A stretch of DNA of 52,752 nucleotides, taken from a virus. Lineage: Duplodnaviria; Caudoviricetes. The notes below the pieces were generated by a model that saw only the letters and a list, made by a program, of their open reading frames with translations, did not search any database and was not told where the DNA came from. Location: IMG/VR virus record IMGVR_UViG_3300029985_000054, positions 1-52,752 of that record; one strand, written 5' to 3'. The first letter of the stretch is position 1, and every line of letters begins with the position of its first letter. Below, piece after piece: positions 28,796-36,661 of the stretch. Both the position numbers and the translations under genes were made by a program.

Positions 28796-29307
28796 TATTT
28801 ATCTCCTTTATGTTGAGTCAGCCCAGGTACTAATTCAGTCCAGCCATTAACGCTTAACGCTACTTCATCACATAAATTATTTGCGTGATATTTATACATG
28901 TTATCGCCCTCTAGTGGAGGTCTTAAGTTAATAACATCATCATCAATAATCGGTGACATATCTTTATTAGTGAATGGAGTGGATATATCTAGTTTATAGG
29001 TATTACCATTATCAATACATATTATTGCTATTCCATCCTCAAGTAACATTTCTAACATATTTCGTAAATAAAAAGGATGAGGTAATATAGGAGGTCTATC
29101 ATTACTGTATACCATTATTTCAGATGCTAGTTCTAAGTTATTAATAGAACCACCTATTTTAAATAACGCAAATCCTCTACCATTTCTTAAGTCGTTTAAT
29201 TCTCCACCACTCACCAATAACTGAAGTGCTGGTTCATCACCCTGTGAAGATAATAATAAACTATCTCTTACTTGATTTTTAAACTTCATAACTCTTCTCT
29301 TTCTCAA
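28795..29307 (-). CDS. Hypothetical protein
   Basis: Coupled ORF. Confidence 0.45.
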   Translation of the reverse strand: MRKRRVMKFKNQVRDSLLLSSQGDEPALQLLVSGGELNDLRNGRGFALFKIGGSINNLELASEIMVYSNDRPPILPHPFYLRNMLEMLLEDGIAIICIDNGNTYKLDISTPFTNKDMSPIIDDDVINLRPPLEGDNMYKYHANNLCDEVALSVNGWTELVPGLTQHKGDK

Positions 29308-29632
29308 AACTACTTATTTTAAACTTAGTATCAATACCCATTATAGTTAAATGAATATCTTGATTCAACTGATGCCACCATGTATACATCATATCAGCAT
29401 ATATCTGCGCATTACTTATATTGTTACTATCATTAGCAAATATAGTTGTAGACGATATATGATGATAAGTATCCCTATACATATTACGTAACTCCATCAT
29501 CCTAAATAACTTAATCGGTATAGCATCTAATCTGGGAATAACATTTGCAAATACCCTGTATTGTGATTTCATCCGTGTCACCTTTAACATATCTATGGCG
29601 TGAGTATAACATAGTAATTCATATATTGTCAA
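29279..29632 (-). CDS. Hypothetical protein
   Basis: ORF with TTG start; start uncertain. Confidence 0.4.
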   Translation of the reverse strand: MTIYELLCYTHAIDMLKVTRMKSQYRVFANVIPRLDAIPIKLFRMMELRNMYRDTYHHISSTTIFANDSNNISNAQIYADMMYTWWHQLNQDIHLTIMGIDTKFKISSFEKEKSYEV

Positions 29633-29995
29633 TAGTTCAGGAATTCTAGCGCAGCTTGCTTTAAACAGTTGCTTTGGAAAAATAGGTTATTTTTGGGAGG
29701 GGTTCGATGCTTGCGCTGGAACTAAAGCGTTAAGATTAGGACGCTTGACTAAGTGGTGGGAAATTGTGTCAACTCTAGCATAGTATTTGTTGTTAGAGTA
29801 AGAGTTCCGCGTTATTCAAACCCCAAGGTTAATTCACTATTATAAGAGTAATAGTGAATGAAATAATAGCTGATTATACATCAATATGACATATGAGTAT
29901 AAATATTGGCGTTTAGGTCAATAATGTTGCCATTATTAACCCCAGTGGTAACGCCAAAAGCATTGCGGCAGTAGTGTATACGCAATATCATTGTA

Positions 29996-30008
29996 AATCA
30001 GTAACTTA
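29996..30008. promoter_or_regulatory. IHF consensus site (copy 1)
   Basis: AATCAGTAACTTA matches WATCARNNNNTTR; identical 13-mer at 30743-30755. Confidence 0.5.
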
Positions 30009-30391
30009 ACTAATTTAACTACAACCCCAAGTTTGACATTTACTGATTTTCTATGTTAGCTTCACACCATAGTTTCCACCAAGAGGCGCAATCCACTAGT
30101 CCCAAGTGTGAAAATCAAGCTAAAAAATAGTTTAAAATAAACTTGACAAATCACCCTAAAGTGTGCTATGTGAAATATGCGGCAGGTATAAAAAAAGACT
30201 AACGAATTAACATCAGTCTTTGATTTTATCTGTACACATAACATGTTGCTGACCAGTACGCCAATACTAATCAGCAGTATAAGCCAACCAAGCAATAAAT
30301 ATAAGGCTTTAGGTAATTATTATAGCACATTAATTAGTATTAATGCTTGTTTTTTTTGAGGATTTTCTTGAATTTTATTAATTATCATTTG

Positions 30392-30559
30392 TTAAACTCT
30401 ATCAATCATACACTCTATAGATATAGTGATTATACTTATAAAATAAGCTAATGATGCTATACTAATTAAAATACTGTCACGATGTGCTACAACTGCAACA
30501 ATCCATATTGCAAATGCTAACATTATCAAATTCACTAATAACAAACCAAATCTAATCAT
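30392..30559 (-). CDS. Small 2-TM membrane protein (55 aa; not in ORF track)
   Basis: GGGGAG RBS; MIRFGLLLVNLIMLAFAIWIVAVVAHRDSILISIASLAYFISIITISIECMIDRV. Confidence 0.6.
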   Translation of the reverse strand: MIRFGLLLVNLIMLAFAIWIVAVVAHRDSILISIASLAYFISIITISIECMIDRV

Positions 30560-30608
30560 AATTATATACTCCCCATTATAACTATGCTGATTATAACATA
30601 GTTATAAA

Positions 30609-30624
30609 CGTTTCATGTGAAACA
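30609..30624. promoter_or_regulatory. parS-like site
   Basis: CGTTTCATGTGAAACA; 14/16 match to TGTTTCACGTGAAACA; intergenic. Confidence 0.65.
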
Positions 30625-30742
30625 ATATATATCTCATTTTGAGAGATAGTACAAGCTGCGCTATCTTAGTTTTTTTATATATATGCAATATAATACAAAA
30701 TATACGATATTGCCAAAATATCTCAAAAATAGTTATCAATAT

Positions 30743-30783
30743 AATCAGTAACTTACAACATATCTATTAATATTATGTTAAAT
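30743..30783. promoter_or_regulatory. IHF site (copy 2) followed by a XerD arm of dif
   Basis: AATCAGTAACTTA at 30743-30755; TTATGTTAAAT at 30773-30783; the XerC-side arm is degenerate. Confidence 0.45.
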
Positions 30784-30860
30784 AACTACACGTGTAATAC
30801 TACACATGTTATAATACATTACTTAGATAAAGAAACGAAACAATTTAAAAAGGATAATAA

Positions 30861-31083
30861 AATGAGCATACAAAGTCAATTAGATAACGGATCAATAGCA
30901 ATGTTACCAAGAATTGTGGCTATAATAGAGCGTGCAAAATCTTATGAAGCTAATCAAATGAGATGTCGCACATTACGAGAAATAGGAGACAGTAAAATAG
31001 CTATTGATAACATGAATCCAGCACAATTATATGAATTTCAAGAGGAATTAATAGAGACGTTTAACTGTTTTGACTGGATTTAA
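30861..31083 (+). CDS. Early hypothetical protein
   Basis: AAGGA RBS favours the ATG at 30861 (MSIQSQ...) over 30775. Confidence 0.55.
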
Positions 31084-31410
31084 TTAAGTCAATATATAGA
31101 TATAAATACAACTATGCTTAAGCAACTATTGATAAATCCAACACCAAACAGTTTGAGTGTTGGTGGACTCTGTCCCCAAACCCCTGCCACTCGTGCCGAG
31201 CTGAAGCTCTGGCCGTGGAGGCCGTAAAATATTTTTTTAGGGGGTAAGTACAAATGAGCAATTGCAGATGCGTCTATTGTTGCATAACTTTAGTTAGGCA
31301 TCTATAGCTACGCTAATATAGTAATGTAACTCTAATAAACACGGCTTGTCAAGTGCTAATTTTTAACATACTGTAATTACTTATAACTATTTTTTAAAAA
31401 GGTACAATTT

Positions 31411-31677
31411 ATGAACTTAAAAACAGCATTACTACAAATGCATACTTTTAATGAAGACAACATTAAATATCATATACTAGTTGCTGATAAGAAAGCTCAA
31501 TATCAGCCGTTAACTAATCGTAAAAATAATAAAATGTTGCAAGGTGATACTAATACATGCTTAGCAATGAGAAAATCAACTACTGTAAGATTTGAAAGCC
31601 TTAGAGGTGATTTAACACGTGACCAATTTATGAATCAATTATTAAATGATTTTGAAAGTAAACAAAATGTCAAATAA
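31411..31677 (+). CDS. Early hypothetical protein
   Basis: AAGG RBS; part of a small-ORF cluster. Confidence 0.55.
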   Translation: MNLKTALLQMHTFNEDNIKYHILVADKKAQYQPLTNRKNNKMLQGDTNTCLAMRKSTTVRFESLRGDLTRDQFMNQLLNDFESKQNVK

Positions 31678-31939
31678 GTATACAATAGTCTGTAAACAAG
31701 ATAAAAGCTTAAAACTACCTTTCTATAAAAGTAGTGTTGCAGCTCTGAAAGATTGTAGACGATTAAATAAAATTAACGATAAAAAACAATTTAGCGTTAC
31801 TTACATACGTTGCACAGACGCAATACTAAAAGCTTATAATAAAAATGCTAGAGCTGACCTAATCGCATTAGCACTTAAAAGCGGTGGACTTAAACGTCAA
31901 ACTATAGACACAATACTATATACAAATTATAATATTTAA
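31646..31939 (+). CDS. Early hypothetical protein
   Basis: Coupled ORF; the start may be MSNK. Confidence 0.5.
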   Translation: MILKVNKMSNKYTIVCKQDKSLKLPFYKSSVAALKDCRRLNKINDKKQFSVTYIRCTDAILKAYNKNARADLIALALKSGGLKRQTIDTILYTNYNI

Positions 31940-31953
31940 AGAAAGAAACTAAT

Positions 31954-32172
31954 ATGCTAAACTTAATAAAAAACTATCGCTCAAATAAACAACTTAGTAA
32001 ATATCTAAAATCAATCCCGATTGCTATTGATGTTACACAGTATCAAATTGACACGCACCGTAAAATAATTAAATTTGGGTTTGATTTTAAAGTAAATGCT
32101 ATTAACCAACTAAGAATTGAAATGCTAATAACTAAAGTACACAGCGATGTATTTACAATAAATTATAATTAA
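31954..32172 (+). CDS. Early hypothetical protein
   Basis: ORF in the cluster. Confidence 0.5.
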   Translation: MLNLIKNYRSNKQLSKYLKSIPIAIDVTQYQIDTHRKIIKFGFDFKVNAINQLRIEMLITKVHSDVFTINYN

Positions 32173-32183
32173 AGGATTAAACT

Positions 32184-32360
32184 ATGTGGACTCTAATAAT
32201 ATTTATACATGCATCTATCTTATCCAGCGATGATAGTGTCGCACTTACAAATATACCTAAGTTTAAAACTGAACAATCATGCATAAATGCAGGTAATGAA
32301 GCACATAAATTAACAGAGTTAACTGTTAAAGTTCTTAAATTTACATGCGTACAACAATAA
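32184..32360 (+). CDS. Small exported-type phage protein with two Cys (58 aa; not in ORF track)
   Basis: AAGGA RBS; MWTLIIFIHAS...FKTEQSCINAG...FTCVQQ. Confidence 0.65.
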   Translation: MWTLIIFIHASILSSDDSVALTNIPKFKTEQSCINAGNEAHKLTELTVKVLKFTCVQQ

Positions 32361-32378
32361 TTTTTAGGATTAAACTAA

Positions 32379-32633
32379 ATGAATGATACAGAAAAATTAC
32401 AAGAAACAGTAAACTTGCTAGACAATGCAATGGCTAAATTAGAGAAACTTAAACTCCAAAATAAAAAAAACTGCACTAAATATCAACAAAAACTCAAAGG
32501 AATTGTTACAAAAGTTGATATATATTGCACAGATAAAGAAGATGCAGACTTTTTAAGAGGTGATCTATCTTATAAAGCATTTTTCCACAAATTAATTACA
32601 TCTTATAAAGAAAAAGGAGGCGTAAATGCTTAA
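32379..32633 (+). CDS. Possible ribbon-helix-helix regulator
   Basis: KYQQKL..TKVDIY..DKEDADFL..SYKAFFHKLI pattern. Confidence 0.4.
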   Translation: MNDTEKLQETVNLLDNAMAKLEKLKLQNKKNCTKYQQKLKGIVTKVDIYCTDKEDADFLRGDLSYKAFFHKLITSYKEKGGVNA

Positions 32634-32701
32634 AACAATAAAAATGTAATCATTATCGTGTCGGTCTGCGTCAATTAATGTATATTCTTTAATCTCAATC
32701 A

Positions 32702-33049
32702 TTAAACGACAATCTCCCAATCTACAGCTAATATGTCATGAGGTGTCAATATGCACGGAACTATACCACCTAATTCTTTATAACATAGAGTATGTTCACC
32801 ACACGCAAATATTAATGGCTCTTTAGAATTCTTTCTTTTAAAAGTTATAGCCTTTTCACCATGTGGGGAATTTTTAGATATTTCTGCAATCTCAAATAAT
32901 GTATAATATTTTTTAGTTTCTTTTGGCTTTGCTTTTTCTTTTTTAATATTTTCTTTTTTTGGTGAGCAGTCTGCACATGGGCACTCTGTTGAAAACTCCT
33001 CTAGAAACTCCATAAATTCCGCAAATGCTAACATTTCTTTAGTAATCAT
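32702..33049 (-). CDS. Divergent DUF2829/Tad2-like protein with N-terminal CxCxxC
   Basis: YTLFEIAE...FKRKN...PCILTPHDILAVDWEIVV resembles the Tad2 C-terminal motif. Confidence 0.5.
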   Translation of the reverse strand: MITKEMLAFAEFMEFLEEFSTECPCADCSPKKENIKKEKAKPKETKKYYTLFEIAEISKNSPHGEKAITFKRKNSKEPLIFACGEHTLCYKELGGIVPCILTPHDILAVDWEIVV

Positions 33050-33068
33050 TTTAATACCTTTCTAATTG

Positions 33069-33697
33069 TTAATAATATTTCGGTAATTTACACGTTTTTA
33101 TTTCAATTTAGCTTTTTTTCACTGTAGTAGTACTTGAGTTACTAAATATTTTTACTAAATTTACTCTAAAACTATACAGTATTGCACGGGTTTACTACAT
33201 GTGGCACAATATCCCGTATAAACTACCGAAATATTATTAAGTTGGTGGAGAGAGAAGGATTCGAACCTTCGAGATCATCCATAATAAAAATAAAACCCAC
33301 TAGAAGTGGGGTTCACAGTGGGTTAATGTGCTGTACTAACTTAGCATAACGTAAGTGCTTAATGTGCTGTGCTTAAGAAAGTCCCGAGCTGTGCCAAAAT
33401 GTAACTTAAAAGAGTTTTACACTAGTTATCCCATTAACCTACCATAGTTATTTATAATATTATTATAATTCGCAAAACTCTTAAAGAAGTTAGGAGGTCT
33501 ATTGTCCTAGCTTCTTTAAAAGCTCTGGGGGACGGAAGAGGATAATAAATACACTTCCGTCAGTGCCGTACAGTGCTTATATTTAATAGAACATTAACAC
33601 TTAAAAAAAATCTAACACACCCAAACAAACCTAACAATATTTGTGTGCGCTGTCAGCAGTTAAGAAGAAGGATTCAGCAAACTTCCTAACCACTGAC
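33069..33697 (-). ncRNA. Putative structured non-coding transcript/leader
   Basis: Consensus promoter upstream; at least six stems; no ORF of 60 aa or more. Confidence 0.45.
33243..33272 (-). tRNA. tRNA 3' fragment (T-arm + acceptor 3' strand + CCA; Tyr-like); possible attP core
   Basis: TCGAAGGTTCGAATCCTTCTCTCTCCACCA; no matching 5' half found. Confidence 0.7.
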
Positions 33698-33700
33698 GAT

Positions 33701-33730
33701 ATTATACAATACTTGGGGTTGGAGTGTCAA
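33701..33730 (-). promoter_or_regulatory. Sigma70 promoter, leftward
   Basis: TTGACA-18 nt-TATAAT. Confidence 0.8.
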
Positions 33731-33962
33731 CTTTATTTGCAATTATTTTGTAATTAATTTATAAACTCAATAATCGCAATGTTTTATCACTGCAACTATG
33801 AGGTTTTTATAGTCAAAAAGCGACGTTTACGGAGCGAAAACACTCACTGAGAATAAGTCGCCTTTACCATTCTTATGTTAACAAAACTCTAAAATCTTAA
33901 CACATACTAATGCATATGTTAAGATTATGCTACCATTTTCGCCGTGTGGGAAAAATGGTTAA

Positions 33963-34700
33963 TTATTTGTTAAATTTCTTAGTAATTCGATAATCATTCC
34001 ACGTGCAACTTTCTATAGCATAATTTTCTTTTACTCTGCTGTAAAGTGGTGCTGAGATAAGCGACCTAAACGCATCAGTTCCTAAGTTACTGATTAACAC
34101 AGTGTGAAGCATATTATCGTAACGATAGTCAATAATTTCAAACAATAATCCTTGCTTAAATTCTGTCGTGTTGGTCCCGATTTCATCAATTACTAAAATT
34201 TCAGAGTTCAAAAGTTCAATATATTTATTTTTTTCTTCCACTTTTATTTGAGCAATTTCATAATATTTAACATAAGAGCAGGGGCTAGTAACTCTGTGCT
34301 TAAAATTAAAATTCTCAATATAATCATCATCAAAACTCATATTTAAAATATAGTTTTTAATCATTGCACAAGCTAAATGCGTTTTACCTGTACCAGTTGT
34401 GCCAAGCAATAATAAATTAGTTTTCCCCGAGTAGGTTTTTAATAGTTTAATTATTTCAGTTTGCTTAAAATCAGTTATTTTATAATTATCAAAAGTAGAA
34501 TTGTTATAACGCTTAGGTATTGTAGATGCTGATAATATCTCGTTTTTTATTTTTGTTATTTTGTCAGCTTTTTCTTTGTCTTTTTCTAACTGTCTACATT
34601 GTCTGCAACTACCATTAAGAAGTGATTCTACATTTTCTCCGTGTATTTCACAGTTAGTTATAAAATTATTTGATGGTTTTAAATTTGGTAAATTCTCCAT
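33963..34700 (-). CDS. DnaC/IstB-like helicase loader ATPase
   Basis: CEIHG..CRQC zinc motif; IPKRY..STFDNY; GTTGTGKTHLA; LVIDEIG; EIIDYRY; ISN. Confidence 0.9.
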   Translation of the reverse strand: MENLPNLKPSNNFITNCEIHGENVESLLNGSCRQCRQLEKDKEKADKITKIKNEILSASTIPKRYNNSTFDNYKITDFKQTEIIKLLKTYSGKTNLLLLGTTGTGKTHLACAMIKNYILNMSFDDDYIENFNFKHRVTSPCSYVKYYEIAQIKVEEKNKYIELLNSEILVIDEIGTNTTEFKQGLLFEIIDYRYDNMLHTVLISNLGTDAFRSLISAPLYSRVKENYAIESCTWNDYRITKKFNK

Positions 34701-34701
34701 T

Positions 34702-35526
34702 TTAAAAATCTCCTCCTACAAAATTTGCGTTACAATCTTTTAAAGTCTGTTGTATTGTTTTAGATGTGTTATTATTAAATTGCTTTTTGGGTTCAAACAA
34801 TCCCAAATAATTTCTACTTATTGATGTTTTAATTATTTCAATAATTGAATAACCCTTCAATTTAAATTCAAGCAATTGTTCATGCAATCCTTCTAATCCA
34901 GTTTTAGTATAAGATTGTTTTCTTTCTTTTTTATACTTTAAAAATTTATTAATTTGGGTTATTTCATCATTAGTAAAATCTTGTTCATTAAAAATATTAT
35001 CTTGATTAATAGTAGAAGGGATAATATTAGGTTGGATAATAGTAATAGGATTATTATTTATATATGTCTCCGATTTTACCTCATTTCCACTACGATTTTT
35101 CTTACTATCCACTACGATTTTTTCTCCAGCCACTACGATTGAATCGTCGTGCAAAACATCATTTTCGGCAGAGGGTATATAATTATTTACGTTAGAACTG
35201 CTAAGAGATAAAAATTTGTCGGTAAGCATAATGTATGTAAAAACCCCAAGAGGTGTTCTATCTGGCTCTAATTTTATTAATCCCTTCACTTGCAATTGTT
35301 TTACATATACTCCAACTTGCTTAGAATTTGGTATATCTAAAAATGGGTATTCGTTTAAAAATCCATCGTATTTAACCCACGTATATGACATATCGTTAAA
35401 AATTTTTCTATGCATTTTAGATACTGAACAACACGTTTGAATGTACTTAAGTAATAAAACATGTTTATAATTTAATCCATATTCTAATAATTTTACTTGG
35501 CTAAACCCCTCAATTGTATATTTCAT
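34702..35526 (-). CDS. Replication initiator (lambda O / replisome organiser type)
   Basis: wHTH-like N-terminus; FLKYKKERK...SISRNYLGLF C-terminus; upstream of the loader; internal iterons. Confidence 0.85.
   Translation of the reverse strand: MKYTIEGFSQVKLLEYGLNYKHVLLLKYIQTCCSVSKMHRKIFNDMSYTWVKYDGFLNEYPFLDIPNSKQVGVYVKQLQVKGLIKLEPDRTPLGVFTYIMLTDKFLSLSSSNVNNYIPSAENDVLHDDSIVVAGEKIVVDSKKNRSGNEVKSETYINNNPITIIQPNIIPSTINQDNIFNEQDFTNDEITQINKFLKYKKERKQSYTKTGLEGLHEQLLEFKLKGYSIIEIIKTSISRNYLGLFEPKKQFNNNTSKTIQQTLKDCNANFVGGDF
35087..35151. repeat. Iterons / probable replication origin
   Basis: CCACTACGATT at 35087, 35109 and 35130, plus an inverted variant at 35142-35151; flanked by AT-rich sequence. 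Confidence 0.75.
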
Positions 35527-36047
35527 AATTTACACCTTTCTTCACTTTTTTTTATTTTTTCTATCATATGAAGTGAAAATTTTTTATTTTTTATTTTTTC
35601 TACGTCTTCATCTAAAATATAACTTTTTAAATTATATGAATATATTTTTAAATCTAATTCTTTAATTATCTTTTTTAAAAAAGGTTTATTAAAATATTTA
35701 TTTGATAATTTTTTATTATCTATTTCTATATTTTTAATAAAACTTTGAATTGTTGAGAGACTTTTAAAAGTCATATTATTGGCTTTATTATATATGGGAT
35801 TATATTTCATGATATATAAGCCTTCTAATAAATTTAATGATTCCTCTTTACATTCAAAATAATAATATTTATTAAATATTTTATCTTTTAAGTGAGAACA
35901 TAATCTATTATTAATATCATGGGTTTTACCAACATAAACTACTTTATCATTATTAATTAAAAAATATACACATGCTTTTCTTTCAAATGTAATTGCATTA
36001 TTTAATATATCTTCTATATTAAGCAATTCTTTTATATTCATTTTCAT
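35523..36047 (-). CDS. GIY-YIG nuclease-family protein
   Basis: CVYFL...VYVGKT...RL..H...LE..YI.KYNPIYN. Confidence 0.85.
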   Translation of the reverse strand: MKMNIKELLNIEDILNNAITFERKACVYFLINNDKVVYVGKTHDINNRLCSHLKDKIFNKYYYFECKEESLNLLEGLYIMKYNPIYNKANNMTFKSLSTIQSFIKNIEIDNKKLSNKYFNKPFLKKIIKELDLKIYSYNLKSYILDEDVEKIKNKKFSLHMIEKIKKSEERCKL

Positions 36048-36063
36048 ATCCTTAAAAAGAAAA

Positions 36064-36148
36064 AGCCTGTAATAAACTCAGAACGACTATAAATTGGTAA
36101 TACTATGAATAAACGCATAGCTTTGTCATCCTAAGCCTATTACAGGCT
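36064..36148 (-). promoter_or_regulatory. Structured leader/attenuator upstream of the replication operon
   Basis: 11-bp inverted repeat AGCCTGTAATA/TATTACAGGCT followed by a U-tract on the minus strand. Confidence 0.55.
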
Positions 36149-36213
36149 CTGTTTATTATATGTAATGCTTATAACCGGATACCAAACCTCTTATCGCACA
36201 TTCCGTTATTGTA

Positions 36214-36423
36214 CTACAAAATATCTAATGCTTTTGCAATTATTTTAATCCGTGTTTCATAATCTTCGCTAGGTAAGTTTAATGATTGTAGATATTGCTT
36301 GCAGTTCTCATAATTTATATACTTCACATCCATTAACAATTGTGGTCTAGGGTATTCTTCAGTTTCTATCTGTAATACCTCATCATCTGTAGGATAAGGT
36401 TTGCCAGTTATGTAATTATTCAT
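36214..36423 (-). CDS. Hypothetical protein
   Basis: AAGGAG RBS. Confidence 0.55.
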   Translation of the reverse strand: MNNYITGKPYPTDDEVLQIETEEYPRPQLLMDVKYINYENCKQYLQSLNLPSEDYETRIKIIAKALDIL

Positions 36424-36604
36424 TACTATTCTCCTTATGAAATTTTATTAAATATTCAGCCACTTCTGTTTGATTATTAAGACCCAAAAACAACTTTAAG
36501 TCAGAAAATTGCTTAATAGACTCTTTTTTTATTTTCATGGTTCCCATTCCGTGCTTATCATTGTAAGTTTTAGACCATTTTTGCTGTGCTTTTTGCTTTG
36601 ACAT
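36416..36604 (-). CDS. Small DNA-binding regulator candidate (RHH-like)
   Basis: First gene after the promoter; basic, with beta-helix-helix pattern. Confidence 0.45.
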   Translation of the reverse strand: MSKQKAQQKWSKTYNDKHGMGTMKIKKESIKQFSDLKLFLGLNNQTEVAEYLIKFHKENSNE

Positions 36605-36632
36605 GTGCGTCCTTTGTATTATTTAAGGATGT

Positions 36633-36661
36633 AGTATATCACATTGGGGTTGGAGTGTAAA
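36633..36661 (-). promoter_or_regulatory. Sigma70 promoter, leftward
   Basis: TTTACA-17 nt-TATACT; shares 15 bp with the promoter at 33701-33730. Confidence 0.75.

Noticed and set aside
30062-30295. 77-aa minus-strand ORF
   Set aside because: TTG start, no clear RBS, and it overlaps promoter-like sequence; probably non-coding.
30756-30783. Complete canonical dif site
   Set aside because: Only the XerD arm matches; the XerC-side 11-mer (CAACATATCTA) is far from consensus, so it is kept only as a half-site.
33243-33700. Full tRNA or tmRNA gene
   Set aside because: No complementary 5' acceptor strand (GGAGAGA/GGGGAGA), D arm or anticodon arm is found upstream on the minus strand.
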